DNA of 64,000 nt. Origin: Octopus sinensis. Its lineage: Eukaryota. Every line of letters starts with the position of its first letter. The first letter of the stretch is position 1. Location of the stretch: NCBI RefSeq assembly GCF_006345805.1, contig NC_043000.1, positions 161,386,001 through 161,450,000 of the forward strand, in the 5' to 3' direction. Shown piece after piece: positions 34,331-48,950 of the stretch. The position numbers and the translations under genes are program-made. The notes beneath the pieces were generated by a model. It had not been told where the DNA came from. It ran no database searches and saw only the letters and a program-made list of their open reading frames with translations.

Positions 34331-35727
34331 ACACTTTACTGATACTTTTAATTGAAGACGAAATAAAAGGGAAAATAGAAAGTTGAATAACATAATCAGT
34401 GCCTTCATTTAATTTTAGACTGTCCATTTTGTTGCCATTCGTTTTCGTTTACATTTTTGTACTGTTACTTTCTTTATTCTCATGTCTTTTTATGTAGAGT
34501 AGAGTGACATAATAAGTGTGTTGCTTGCATCGTTACGTAGTAATTCTATATCCTAAAATCCTTTATGTTCATCAATTTTCATTCGTTCAGAACCAATAAA
34601 ATATATACTTATCATACACAGCTAGAGAATCGATCCAGGGTACTCATCTTCTAAAATATTTACCATAACCTAATATGAAGTGGAACTGTTCTTTGGGCAT
34701 AGTTCTTAGAAGCCTTCTCATTTTGGTCAAGGTACTGCAGCAAATGATCAGTTTGAAATTGAAACAAGGAGAGCTTGGCGTTATGGGGTAGTGAGAATGA
34801 TGAGAGAAAGAACAGCGTGCATCAGGTAATATACAGCTAAGCAGCTCATAGAAACAGCAACTGTTATATAAATTATATATGGTAATGCATCGGTAACTGC
34901 TTAATACTGTTTACCCACTATATAAAGCTTAGTAAAGTCAAAGTCGCTGTACAAGACATAGCAATTTAGATATGCCGGTTGCTTGTACCATGTAATCAAC
35001 AGTTTGAATCAAGTCCAGTTTTCACTTGGCCTTATGTTTTATACATTATGAAATTGCTAGTATATTATATATTAGGGCCCATCTAATGGATTATTTGGAT
35101 TATAATGGATTATTTCTATTTCAGATAAGTCTATCTAATTAGATGAATAATATAATTTTCGGTTCAAATATGTTTACGATTACATTCCAAATTAATATTT
35201 GTTTCTTATCTAACCAACTAAGTCAGTTTCTTTATCAATACAGCTGGTAAATACATAAACACGGGGACATTAAAAACGTAAGATTTGAAATAAGATTTAA
35301 TATAGAAAAAATGGACTGTTTTGTTAATAAATGAATTTAATCGATCCAAAAAGCAATTTTGAAACACAGAGTATCGGGTAAGAATTCAGTCATTATTCTG
35401 ATATACAGAACACACATATGATCAGATTATCTGTTTAACAGATACAAACACATGTATTTAATGAAGTATGTTTCAATCCCGATTGAAAACATTGAATTGT
35501 TAATTAATATACTCGCAATTAAAAATAATACAAAAACTTATATTTAATTCAAATATGATATATTGATCTTCCTTAGGAAGGCAGGATACTCATAAATATA
35601 CAACTGTATTTTCTCTTTGATGCTCATACACTTTTGATATGTGTAATATTCTCGACATCCGAACTACATTTTTCTGCTTTCATTTTATTCCATACATGTA
35701 TCCCCACATATAAAAACACACAGAGAA

Positions 35728-35760
<33 letters not shown>

Positions 35761-37966
35761 CTGTGTGTGACATAAACGAACGTGGGGAAGAGTACGCACT
35801 ACCATAGTAGTATATTATGTAGTAATATATTGTAGTAATATATTTCCGTTTACCTTAAATTCAGTTTATTCTGGAGTTTCCCCAAGATATCTAGTCTGAT
35901 TTCTAGGACACGAAAAATTGTGATATTTCTGCGTGAATAATAGAGCAGTCGTCGAAATATATCAGCCAAAATATAGATAATATAACGGATGAAGTGAATC
36001 TCGATAAGGCCACTCAACAGCTTGGTAAAATGGAAGGTAGAAAACAGCTATGACCCGTATTATAGCAGCGTCCACTAGAGTACTAAAGAAGACTCTATAA
36101 GAATGGCCCATACTGCTACCAATTCTACAATTAGAGAAATATCTACAAAAAAAACACTAGCTACAACACTAGGTGGAACTACAAAAAAAAAAAAACAACA
36201 ATAAAGAGAAAAGAATTCTCAAAAATGATAACACCACCACCAACTCAATATCTCAAAACAGCAGTGACAGTAGAAATCTTCACACTGTCTTAATATCCTA
36301 CAACTCCACCAAAACTATCAGACAAGTACAGAAGCATACAAGCACAAACGCATATTCACTCGTACCTATTCAGTTTATATCAAACATATCCGGCAGAGAC
36401 ATCTGTGCGACAAGGTCATAAAAATCTTATTGCAAATTGTTATTTTTTGTCAAAGCGATATGGAAAAGAGAGTCAATGGCAAGGTTTGAAGAATAAGCCA
36501 AATATTGTACGGGACAGCAAAGTACCCATTGACCAGTTACCTATTACCAACGACCCAACCGTCACTACCACCGGACAACTACCACACCCCATGACAACAA
36601 CAAAAGGAAAACGCATAAACAACCATAAAAAGAACGAAAAGCATATCCTTTTCTCATAAACTTCCAGAGTGCGGCAGAGATGATAAATATTGATCCCAAC
36701 TCCATTTTGATTTGTTGAATATTTTTTCGCTTTGGTCCCATCTATAGAAACAGGTTTTAAGCAAAACAGCTGCAGCAGTAATTATGCACACCAATGTTTC
36801 CTAAAATACAGATAAATACGTAACAACAAGCGGCTGAAGCTGTCTCTCTGCGTTCCGACTAGGACAGGGAAGCCGCAGGAATCTCACTTTATTCTTCATA
36901 ATATCTCACTGTTTAGTACTAGCAAAGAAGTGAAATCACTTGTAAACTCAAACTGAGATTATGTTAGCTCAGGTAAAAGATTAGAGTGAGTAACTGTTAC
37001 ACATCGAAATGTCGAAACTACACTGTCTAAATTGGGTGAATGCGGCTGTAGACAAGTAGAAACTGTAACTGGGCATCATTATCGTACTTAAATGACGTAT
37101 TTCTGAGGTTAGCGCATTCAGATACGGAAGTGGGTCCACAACTTTATTTCAGCTGATCCTCAGATTATCAATTTGGGATCAGAACGGCAAGTATTAAATA
37201 GACTGTTGTGATTAGAGTACAGCATATACAAAAAAAATTATAATTTAGTTATTAATGAACCGCATTAGGAACGCATGCGTGCGGCTTACCAGCGGAATAT
37301 TGTTTATCTCCTCGGATATATGGTGGAATAGAAACAGAAGTGGATTTTTATGTCCACCTTAACGGATTTCCATGAAGTGATGCGAAAAGCCAGCAGCTGA
37401 GATACGGTTAACGATAAGAAGTAATATTAGGTGTGAATCCCGTGGACTGGAGGACATAACTACATATGGGTACAGAATGGAAACATTCTTAGTCCTATCA
37501 ACCAGAATTGAGTACACTACTGAATCAGAGACACATAAGAAGGACATTATTATTTGATTATAACACACAATTCTGATAACTGAAAAGGTTTTCACTGCAG
37601 AAATAGGTTGAGGGACCACAGCGATCAACTTTGCTTTCATCCGTTCGAGTTCAATAAAATAAAGTTCCATTAAAGTATTAGGCTTGATGCTATCGATCAA
37701 ATACTCCAACTAAGAATTTTGTCCCAAAATTTGAAGTAAATAAAGGCAATGAGCTGACAGAATCGTTAAAACGGACAAAATACTGAGTCGCATTTTGTCT
37801 GTCATATTGTTCTGAGATCAAATTCCGCCGCCGCAGTGGAGTTTGCTTTTCAACACTTTGGGGTCGATGATATATCTACCTATCAAAGATGCAATCATCT
37901 AACTTTCCTCTATTATTATTATTATTATATTATTATTATTATTATATTATTATTATTATTATTATT

Positions 37967-39340
37967 CCTTCGTAACACAGTGTAGGTAAAAATACACGGG
38001 AGTTTCTAGTCATCTGTCAAATCACAAGGACCTCAGACAGATGATACTTTCCTTTATATGTGCGCTTTGCCCAATAAGGCTGCTTTTTGCAAGACATCAA
38101 TTTTGCATGGGATTTCCAGTTGCCTTAAGAAGTCTTGAAGTTTCAATGGGACTGAGCCCAACGCTCCGATCACCACTGGTATCACTTTTACATTGCCCTC
38201 TCACACTCCATATAGTCTTGCCATTTCCACTTTCAATTAGGAGTACTTGGTGATTTTTTTCAGCCTCTTTACTCACAACATTCAGGTCATTTGGTATGGC
38301 TACATCAATGATCTGACAGTATTTGTCTCTCTAATTCAATACGACAATATCCGGTCGATAGTGTTCGATTATACGATCCGTCTGAAAATCATAGTCCCAG
38401 AGTATCGTTAGTTTTCCATCCTCCTGCATAACTTTACTTGGTACACGCTCATACCAGTTCTCTGTTAGTTCATATTGATATTTACGGCATAAGAGCCAAT
38501 GAAGATACACACACACTTTATCGTGGCGGCGTGTGGTGCATTCTTTTTGTGCAAAGCTCTCACATGCACTTACCGAGTGGGTCACATTTTCCACACTCTT
38601 TCCACAGAGTCTGCATTTCTGGGTGTCAGAAGTTTCATAGATGTTATACTTCACTGAATTAGTGGCGAGAGCCTGGTCTTGTGAAGCAAAAATCTGGTCT
38701 TCGGTGGTACACTTCAAATCACCTCACCAATCACCAATGCTGTATTATCCGTAACACTCTGTGTATTCCTTTCAAAATGTCCTTGCATTCTCATTTTTCT
38801 TCATTTTTCTTCTCCCCAGTTCTTTCTTTAAACTCCTCCCTGCTCTTCATTTCAACTGCATTTACACCCATATCTTTTGCGGCATATTGCAGCAGGCCTT
38901 CATCACTATTTATCAAATCCTCGACAGGCGTTCTCCTTTCACTCATCATACAATGGTCAATACTAATTAGTCCTCTGCCACTATTCTTTCGTTTCATATA
39001 CAGTCTGTTTACGTTTACTTTAGGGTGTAGCGCCGCATGCAGCGTCATCAACTTTCTCGTCCTTCTATCCAGCGTTGATATTTCCTCCTAAGTCTATTTG
39101 AGGATGGACGCACTATATCTGACCACAGCAACTGCCCAGATATTCATTGCGGTAATCAATTTTTTGGCATTCAGGTTGGATTTCAACAGCATCTTCACAC
39201 TTCTTTGACTCGCTTCGCTGACCTTGACTTTCATTTCTCTGTGTAGAATGTCATCCAGCTCTAAAATCCCTAAAAATCTAAACCCACTACCGTCGGGTTC
39301 ATCGATGGTCTCTTCTGATGGTAACCGCATTGATCTTGGG
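37967..39340 (-). mobile_element. R4/Dong-like non-LTR element, 3' part, ending in (TAA)n
   Basis: GFRFLGILELD, LHPKVNVNRLYMKRKNSGRGLISI, CRLCGKSVENVTHSVSAC..RRHDKV, RPDIVV, KVIPVVIGALG. Confidence 0.85.
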
Positions 39341-39399
39341 CTGCTATGACAAACGCTTCTGTTTCTGATTTATAAGCCAGAAGACACTAACCATTAATG

Positions 39400-40950
39400 G
39401 GTAAGATCTTTGTCAACATCGGCATTATTCGCTCTCTTTGGGTATTTGCCATTGAGAGTTTTTCCCCCATTTATCAATAAGAATATCTAAGGCAGTAGTT
39501 TTAGCACGGGCTTTCATACGTTTAGATTTTTGTGTACATGTCTCCAGTGCGTCTAATTCTGGGATTTGTTGTAGTTGGAATTCACTTAGATATTCCTTTG
39601 CCTGTTTTGTTACTGAGTATGATGCTTTCTTGCTTTCATGCTTTAAAACAAGTTTTAACATCCAGTTATCGGAGTTTTCAGGTAGATGTCTAGGCCGATT
39701 GTGGAAACCTTTATTGTTAGTTGCGGTTGTAAATGTCCACTGCCACCCTCTTTTCTCGGCAGGTAAATTTGTTCTATATCTGCCTTAGGGTGATGCATTC
39801 TATGCGTTGTCAAAAAATTTCATATTTTTTCTGTCAAGATGACATATTTCAGTAATTGACTAGTTAATAATAGTGAAACTGCAAGTCACGACTAGTATGG
39901 CTAAAGTATTGATTATTTCGATCTTGTTTCTGACATTCAGCTGTCTTGAATATTGACCTTACTCTCTTTTGATCCTTTCCTTCGTCATTGTGTGTTTTAT
40001 TCCATCACCATCAAATACCCCTAGGTATTTGCAGCTCTCCGCTAGTTCTAACTCATTTATGACATTCTCCTGGACAAGATCAGCGTTGGATGTTTCTACC
40101 ATTTTGCCTTTTGAACATTTATCGAGGCCAAATTGCATCGTGATGTCATCACTGAACCGTTTAACAATTTCTAGTAAACCTTTTTGTTGTTGGCCATTTT
40201 TGCAAAGAGTTTTAAATTATCTATGGAAAAGAGATAATTTATATTTTTATCAAATATTTTATAGCCATATTGTACATCATCGAACAATTTCGAGAGAGCT
40301 ATTAAGGCTAGACAAAAGAAGAGCGGCACATGAAATTCTTACATCTCCAGCATTGACGGATTTATTGTCACTGTTCAAGGTGCGGTTCTCCATAATCCCA
40401 TACTTACAGACAAGAAGTTTCGCAGATTAAGTGTTATTTTATACATATCCAGGCGTTACTTAATCCAGCTCTGTGATAGACTATCAAAAGCTTTTTTATA
40501 GTCTACTCAGGCTATCGATAGTTTTTGTGTCGTTTGTGACTATCTTCCAACATCATCTTATTGATGAGTAGCTGATCTTTACAACCATATGACCCACGTT
40601 TACATCATTTTTTGATCATTATGGAATATGCCGCTTTTTATTTAAAAAAAAACTACAGGTATATTCAGTCAAGCGGTTGTTATTATTTTATACATTGTTG
40701 TTAGGCAGGCTATGAGTCTCATAGTTTTTAGTTCATTTGTTTCTTCATGTTTTCGAAGTCGGAATGTTACATCATCAACTTGCCAAGTGGGAATCATACT
40801 AGGTTGTTGAAAACATTGTTGTAATGTTTTGTTAGCAGTTCATGACTCTCTGGGAAGATATTCAACCAGAAGTTAAGAATTTTATCCTTTCCTGGAGACT
40901 TCCGTTTGCTTAACTTTCTGAGAGCAGGTTTTACATCCTCTACCTTGATA
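39400..40950 (-). mobile_element. Second, older R4/Dong-like fragment (RT and post-RT)
   Basis: KSPGKDKILNFWLN (~40870), LLEIVKRFSDDITMQFGLDKC (~40130) and ORF 39425..39661; unexplained ~230-bp insert at 40200-40430. Confidence 0.6.
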
Positions 40951-40965
40951 TTATTATTACTATTA

Positions 40966-41009
<44 letters not shown>

Positions 41010-41010
<1 letters not shown>

Positions 41011-41628
41011 TATGTTTGACTTTTGCTTTATATTTGTACAAGTTGGCTCCAAGTCTCACCCAGAGACCTCAAGAGACAACAGGTTGGAAGTTCACGTTAT
41101 TGTTATGCCTAGTGTGCCATATATTTGGGGGTTTTTTTGGTGTTGTACTAGTGAATGTCTAATACATAAAAAAAATTGTTTTAAACCTTGGGATTACATA
41201 GAGAGTATTTTGCGTAGGATATGAGCAGTTCCCATGAGCACTATCTTTTGAATTTCAGCCATTTTGGGGTTTCCTGGTATCTGAGTTAGGTACCAATCAG
41301 CCCCTTTCGCTATCATTCCCAGGGCACCTATGACAACAGGTATTGTTTTAGTCTTCAGCTTCCACATTTTGCTGATTTCTATTTCAAGATCTTTATATTT
41401 GCTCAGTTTTTGGTAGGTCTTGACAGATACGTTTATATCGATTGGGACAGTCATATCAATGAGGAGGCATGTTCTTTGTCTGAAGTCTTTCAATATGATG
41501 TTTGGCCTATTTGCATCTATCTTTCTGTCAGTTTGAATGGTGAAGTTCCAGAGGAGTGAGATGTGGTCATTTTCAAGCACTGGAGGTGGATTGTGTTTCC
41601 ACCAATTTTTTTTATTGGGCAAATCCAG

Positions 41629-41630
<2 letters not shown>
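41010..41630 (-). mobile_element. R4/Dong-like 3' fragment with REL endonuclease, flanked by (TAA)n on both sides
   Basis: ORF 41194..41622 open: LWNFTIQTDRKIDANRPNII..LIDMTVP..KLSKYKDLEIE..IPVVIGALG..GTAHILRKILSM; 180-bp 3' UTR. Confidence 0.9.
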
Positions 41631-41662
<32 letters not shown>

Positions 41663-41667
<5 letters not shown>

Positions 41668-42135
41668 AGTAAGAGAAGTGTGTATGCCATCAAAGTAACG
41701 CCAGGGTAGAATGTACGAAACTCTGTTTACCCTTCAGGACTATGCATCTAATAAGGATACACCAAGCATATGGGTCACAACCATATGTACGCAACATGGT
41801 AATCTCATGACCTTGCAGCTGAGGAGCAGTTAGAATTTTTTCCAGGTCGAGCCGCCCATCCCGCTCAAATGGTCCTTGAATAAGGGTTACTTGAGGATGT
41901 TGAATGAAACAGCCATGTTTTCAATGGTGAATTATTCAAACCTCAAAGAATTCCTCTCTACACATGACTATAATGCTCCCCCACTATTTATGCTCGTGAT
42001 CAGAGATGCACATATCGTCAGCCACTAAGGGACATGCTCCACTGGTTAAAGTCAAACAATTGACAAGCAAATCCGCGGTACTGAGGAGAATATTTGCTGT
42101 AGCCCATCTTTTATACCAAAACAAAACAATATACA
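41663..42135 (-). mobile_element. Non-coding ~470-bp element ending in (TAA)n (SINE-like, possibly R4-dependent)
   Basis: Complex sequence without ORF whose minus-strand end runs directly into (TAA)n like its R4 neighbours; no A/B box recognised. Confidence 0.45.
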
Positions 42136-42199
42136 TGATAATACTTCCGACCAGTTAATATCAGAAGCCATGAAAGCAGTGCCTGGTACTGTATCACAG

Positions 42200-42239
<40 letters not shown>

Positions 42240-42639
42240 TGGATGCGTTAGCTGCCAGAATGTCACAAAAATACCTTGCAACATATCTTCAGACGACTCG
42301 TGGTCTGCGTTCAAAGTTCGCTGCGGTCAAATTTCGCTTTTGATCCTTTCGGTGGTGACAAGATAAAACATCCGTCAGGTACTAGTGTTGATAATATCGA
42401 CTTAATCATTCTCCTCAAAGTGTTGGTCTTCTGTCAAATCTTGAAACCAGTGATGGCGTGAACACCGGAAAGAATATTTAGTAGCGTTTTGGGTATGTGC
42501 TAGAAAATTCCACCAAGTTTGGCTGTACCTTTCATCCTTTCGGGGTCGATATAATAAGCACTACTCAAGTAGAGGTCGATGTAATTGACTAGATTCTACC
42601 TTAAAATTTCAGGCCTTGTACCTATAGTAGAAACGATTA

Positions 42640-42640
42640 A

Positions 42641-42689
<49 letters not shown>

Positions 42690-42690
42690 G

Positions 42691-42738
<48 letters not shown>

Positions 42739-42919
42739 TATTATTATTATTATTGTTATTATTATTATCATCATTATTATTATTATTAATACTACTATTA
42801 TTATATTATTATTATTATTATTTGCTGTAGTAGTAGTGGTGGTGGTGATGGTGGTGGTGGTGGCGGTAGTGGTGGTGGCGGCGTCGGCGGTGGTGGCGGC
42901 GTTGGTGGCGGCGGCGGTG

Positions 42920-42974
<55 letters not shown>

Positions 42975-42990
42975 CAGCAGCAGCAGTAGC
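42640..42990. repeat. (ATT)n then (TAG)/(TGG/CGG)/(TAG)/(CAG) compound trinucleotide array
   Basis: Direct reading. Confidence 0.9.
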
Positions 42991-43610
42991 TCGTTAATGC
43001 TGGTTGCAGCCAACGTAGGTGTATAATACAATAGCGGTAAAGAATTATATTTGCTAAATTTAATCGGTGGAAGGGATATTTTTTTTTATGCGTTGTTTTG
43101 ACAACAGAGGGCTTTTGAATGTTTCAGCGTCTGCCTCATTAAATTTTTATGGAAAAATAAGGATTGTGTTTTGAGATTTTTTGTTTTTTTTTAGAATTTC
43201 TGCTTTGGTAACATCGTTTGCTCTTGATTTAATATGGCTTCCTCCGAAAGAGCGGGAAGAGGCGCTTGTCACTAACATGGCGGCATCGGAAAAGATTATA
43301 AAATATCAAAAGAGAAAATTGAAAATTTTACATATAAAGACAAAGATGTGACCAAAAATGTTAGATAAAAAATGAAATGATAGTTGCACAGCAAGTTACG
43401 TTTGTATGCTTCAGCATTCACGCTCGAACAAGCACAAGAACAAGAACGCTAAGCTTGCAAACAAAAGCAGCACTAGTCACTCATTTTTTAAGAGTGTTCT
43501 GATCAAGAAAGTAATACTCGATCATGGGTCAGCTACCACAACGAAAATATGAAAGACAGTTTCTCTCGCTCGAAAATTTCATCGAGGAAAGAGCAAGGGA
43601 GATAGTTATA

Positions 43611-43860
43611 CTTTTATTCTTTTACTCTTTTACTTGTTTCAGGCATTTGACTGCGGCCATGCTGGAGCGCCGCCTTTAGTCGAACAAATCGATCCCAGGA
43701 CTTATTCTTTGTAAGCCTAGTACTTATTCTATCGATATCTTTTGCCGAACCGCTAAGTTACGAGGACGTGAACACACCAACATCGCTTGTCAAGCGATAG
43801 TGGGGGGACAAACACAGACACACTCATACACACACATACATATCTATATCTATATTTATA

Positions 43861-43935
<75 letters not shown>

Positions 43936-44097
43936 GACGGCTTCTTTAAGATTCCGCCTCCCAAATCGACTCACAAGGCTTTGGTCGACTCGAGGCTATA
44001 GTAGAAGACACTTGTCCCAGGTGCCACACAGTGGGACTGAGCTTGGAGCCATGTGGTTGGTAAGCAAGCTACTTACCACACACCCACTCTTGCGCCT
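43611..44097 (-). mobile_element. Full-length tRNA-derived SINE with expanded internal (TA)n
   Basis: Same family as 21138-21542. Confidence 0.9.
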
Positions 44098-44530
44098 ACT
44101 TCTGTTTTCGTAGAAATTAGGAGAGACTTCTACATGCCCTACACATAGTATTAAGGGTATAACAAGAGTGACTGGGGCAGGTGCTTTCGCAGTGTGCACC
44201 AAGGCTCTAAACCAAATAACAAGGTGAAAAACAAAAATTACTATACCAGGACAACGAGTTGCAACATGTGTTGCAACATGTGCAACATGTGGAGTGATGA
44301 CACACACAGGTTAAAGTTATTCACATTGTTAAGGACCTTCACCGTTGATTCGTCATCTCATTTATGACGTTATGCGGGCTGGTGGTAGGCACGTAAGGAT
44401 GAAAGGTAAAGTTGACCTCAGTCAGTTCTGAACTCAGAGTGAAATGAGTCGGAACAAATTCAACACAGTATTCTGTCCCACGCTGCAATGATTCAGCCAA
44501 TTCGCCTATAAACATACGTGTGTATGTGTG

Positions 44531-44569
<39 letters not shown>

Positions 44570-47500
44570 GGTGTGTGTCTGTCTCAATGTGCATATATGC
44601 GCGCGCGCGAGTGAATATATGTCAAAATGAAGCAAAATCTTTTAGCAGATCTGATAGTTGTTCATTCTTTGTTTTGATTATTTCAAGTATTCCCATGTTT
44701 AGAAACCTACCCACGTCACATATTTACTATGTTTATCCGCTTGAACAGAAGTTCTGTACACGTGCAACTATATACTCTGTTGACGCAGGACGTTGACATC
44801 AAAATGTTTTCTATTATTAAACGATAACTCGATTGCAGAAATAAGCAATGAAACTTGGCTCACTGATATTGCTGACATAATAATCGATTGACGGTACTGA
44901 ATAGTGGATTTCAAGTGGCAAAATACAATACTGTAACAAAAGGCTTGTGACAGTCAAATACGTTATTTGAAAGACAAATAAGAAAAAAAAGGAAAAAGAA
45001 AACAAGCAAAGTAGATAAATAATAAAATGTGAGAACTTCTTACTTACCAACAAATGTTCACTTGTGTAATTTAGATACAAGAACTTCTGGCCCATACGAG
45101 AATTAAGTTTTGGGATTTTCTTCTGAATTATGCTCTTGTAATTTTTTTTACTGATGTTTCCAATTTAATTATATAACTATGCATTACACCCGTATCCTCA
45201 TACATCATACAAGAAATCATTAAATGGACGTTCTTCATTTAAATTTGTGTGGATAGTAACCTGATTTTGTCAAAATCTTTATTTTTGGCCACAAAGCACT
45301 CTAACACCTTGGCGAAATTTTTTTGCAGATGATTTTTTAAGGAATACTTGTTGTTAACCATATCATTATATATGTAATCAGTAGATATTTATCCGCACAC
45401 ATATACACACAGCGATTGTATTTGTTTATCTAAGTTAAATTTTACCTTAAACTAATCACTATTATACAATTTGAATGTTTAGTCCATTATAACTTAGGAA
45501 GAATTTGCTAATTATCTCTGTTACAATGTAAACGTAGTTCGAGCTTCCATTTAACAGTCTTAATTCCTTTTAAACAAGCGTATCAAATGAACGTGTTATA
45601 CGCTTGAGTTCAGATCTTAGTACAGATAAACTTACTTCTTCTGTACGCTATATGTAACACAGATTACTTAGCTCTGACATCCCAACTGCATAGAAATTCA
45701 GCCATAAGATTTCCTAGTCTAATAGTTACGTCAATAACAAAGCTAACATGTTTATCAAGCTATATTCTCACACAATTATAGTAATATTCAAATATTAAGG
45801 GACTGCAATGTTTAGCGTTCTATCACCATATGTTACTTTTGTAAATTTAAATGCTAAATAATATGAAAGAACAATCTAGTGGCAGGAATACTTGTAGCCT
45901 TGAAAACATTTCAAAAGCGAATGTTCGATATATGACAAGTAAAATGTATATATAAGTGTTTTTGTATATAAATTACTTAATGCGTATTGTTGTCTTCTGT
46001 ATATGACAGATCATAATACATTCGTATCTCAACGCTAAACAGATATGCAAAAACCTGTAAGATAATACATACACTCCATCAGGGTGCAACTACTAAACTA
46101 TGAATATCCTAGTTACACTGACTGAATTGAAGCTAAATGCATTAAAGTTCGAGACTAAAATCTGTAAGTCATTTTCTCAGCGTTCTACTGTTTATGTCAA
46201 CCATCAAATCAAATCTAAGAACAATCAAAACTGCATGATATTCCAGTGGAAAAGATATAATTTTCAAGTGGATTCGTCTTATGTAAGAAGATGATACTCA
46301 TCTTCCAGAAATACATATTGATGTAAACAAAGAGATATATACAGTTTATTCTTCTTAGGTTGTTGCTATGCACAATAGGGAAAATAAAAGACGATGATAG
46401 TAAGGAGGAGGGAATGGAGTAGCAGGGAATAGAATATTAGGAAGAAAGATACAATGATAGATGGGTTGCAAAAAGATGACGTCTACGGTGCAGATGGTTA
46501 CGATGGAAATGCCCACGATATTACATCATCGTACAAAAATGCATTACGCTCAATTTCCTCCCAGAAGGATAGTGTTATATCCAATGTTATATATCACCAA
46601 ATCTTTCACTCCTATTATAAGTATTATCATCACCAACATCATCATTCTAACCGTCAACATCAGCAATTTGAACCCTACTCGCTATATCTCCTGAGACTGT
46701 AACTAAGAACGGAGATACGACAAATACGAAAATATAACATCAACATCATATAAGAATAATGAGAATATCTACGTAGTTGCACGATTCGCATTTATACAAA
46801 GTCTTCGTGGATTATAGCAGGAATCTATATATGGATGTGATCTTCATTTACAACATCATTGATAGTAAAGTGTAACAGGAAAATCTTATTGCCTTACCTC
46901 CTCCTGAAAGACGGTGTCAGTTTGAACAGAGTTCGTTTGCGGATAAACAAGAGATGCAGAAACAAAAATAACACCATCAAAATTATGTCATTTATGCCAT
47001 TTTATATAATAGAATATCTTGGATAAATTCCCTCTTCACTAATTGTAACCAGTTGGCTGTGAAAACATCACACCAGCAGAAAAAAATCAATGTATATTCT
47101 AAAATGTTCTTGAAACATATACGAAATTACCGGCTATCATCAACGCTCAACTAAAATCAGTATTCCAATACGTACTAATACGTGACTAATATGTACTATA
47201 TCAGTTATAAAAGCAAAATCTATTTTTGAATATTACTCCAGTATCGTCGGTTGAATAAAGTTATTAATTGAATAGTGAACATACTTCTACTATATGACTA
47301 AATGAGAGTGCTTCAAAACTGGTACCTAATTTCATAGAGCCCTCCTTTGCATCCTACTCTGCTCTCTCTTGCTCTTTCTCTGGCTGTCTGTCGTTCTTCT
47401 TTTTCTCTAGGTATTTACCAAGCTTATATAAACCTCTTTCCATAAAGTGTATCATTTAATTCTTCAATCTTTTAATTAGAAATTTATTCCTTTCATTGCT

Positions 47501-48774
47501 GACATCTCAAAAATCGCAGAAATAGTCGAAAACTCGTATGCTAGTGCCTTTAGTCTTTTTCCATTTTCTGTGATCTCCCCTTTGTATTCTGGAGCACCAG
47601 ATCATCTAGCAAGCTCCCTTCAAATGGCACACATCAGTCGTATAGCCCATTCAGAATTTCAGACAAAGCAGCATTGTTGTTATTCATGTGTTTGTTCTTC
47701 CTGGATTTGCCTAGAACGCATCTAACTTTCATTGCTTGAATCAGCATTTTCCTGACAGACTGCTCTAAGTTCAATAAAACCCATATACCCTTATTTTTTG
47801 GTTTTTCTCCGTGTTCTCTATATATGTCATTCATTTTTATTAAAATTTCCTGTTTCCTGTCATATTTAACTACGCAGACATTGATGTTGATAACAAGCGC
47901 TATACCTGAATCAATTTTTCACACAAGCGTCATTCACTGGCAGACTACAGAAGCCTTGCTTGACTTCTATGAAGAATAGATATGATAACATCTCTCAAAG
48001 GGGGATATGGAAACTGTTTATACTCGTCATTTAAAAGCGTACACCTGCAGCGATACACACAATTCCTCATTAACAAAACACTTCTGAAATAAACTTTTTC
48101 AAGTTTTAGAAATACTTGTTTTGTTTTTAAATTACGACCACACATCAAACTTCGCAAAAGATAAACTCTATCTTTGGGATAAGAAAAGACTTCAGGCCTC
48201 ATCAGTTCTTTGCTTCAAAATCGATCTGTTGTCATTAAATTACAACTCAAGAATGTAGGTCAGAGCTGCTACAACACATCCAAACTATGATATTTTCAAC
48301 CTCATCGCAATATGTTCCATTTAATTTACAGTAAATCCTAAAGTCACCATCAGGATACAATCACTAACCAACGGAATAGTGTGTCATTTCATAGCTTCTA
48401 CCATTATCTATACTTAGACTGATCATCTAAACTAGGGAGCTATGTACCATCCCTGTAAAGTGTATGAGATGCATGACATTTTTCCAACGCAATCTCTACT
48501 CTTATCCTGTGGTATCCAGTTAATGCAAGTTTTTCTACCTAAAGCTTCAACTATTTGATACATTCTGCCAATACACATCTTGCCTATAATTATCAACCTT
48601 CTGTAATTCAATTTAAATATCAGACACACAAGTGTTGAAAACCCAGTGAAATCGACGTGCACCGTTCTTCTCATGTTTCTTGTGGTATCAAATGTAAGGA
48701 AATACTATTGAAATCGATTTGCTATCGATTTGATACTGTTTTCAAATTTTAGCACAAGGCCAATAATATCTGGG

Positions 48775-48950
48775 GAGTGGGTAAGTCGATTACATCGACC
48801 CGAGTGTTCAAATAGTACTTTATTTTATCGACGTCGAAAGGATGAAAAGCAAAGTCGGCTCCAGCAGCTTTTTGAGCTCGGTGCATTAAAACAGACAAAA
48901 TGCTGCTAAGCATTTTGCCCGGCGTGCTAACCTTTCAACCAGCTCGCCAC
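48775..48950 (-). mobile_element. Degenerate SINE of the 14520 family
   Basis: gtcgattacatcgacc...gaaaggatgaaa..gcaaagtcg...ttttgcccggcgtgctaac..ccagctcgccacc; other decayed copies near 37750, 42300-42590, 44390 and 58700. Confidence 0.65.

Noticed and set aside
46454-46702. 82-aa ORF with His/Gln-rich end
   Set aside because: Low-complexity CAT/CAA-rich sequence, no homology recognised
47500-48200. Possible very old R4-like fragment on the minus strand
   Set aside because: Only vague motif similarity; too degraded to call
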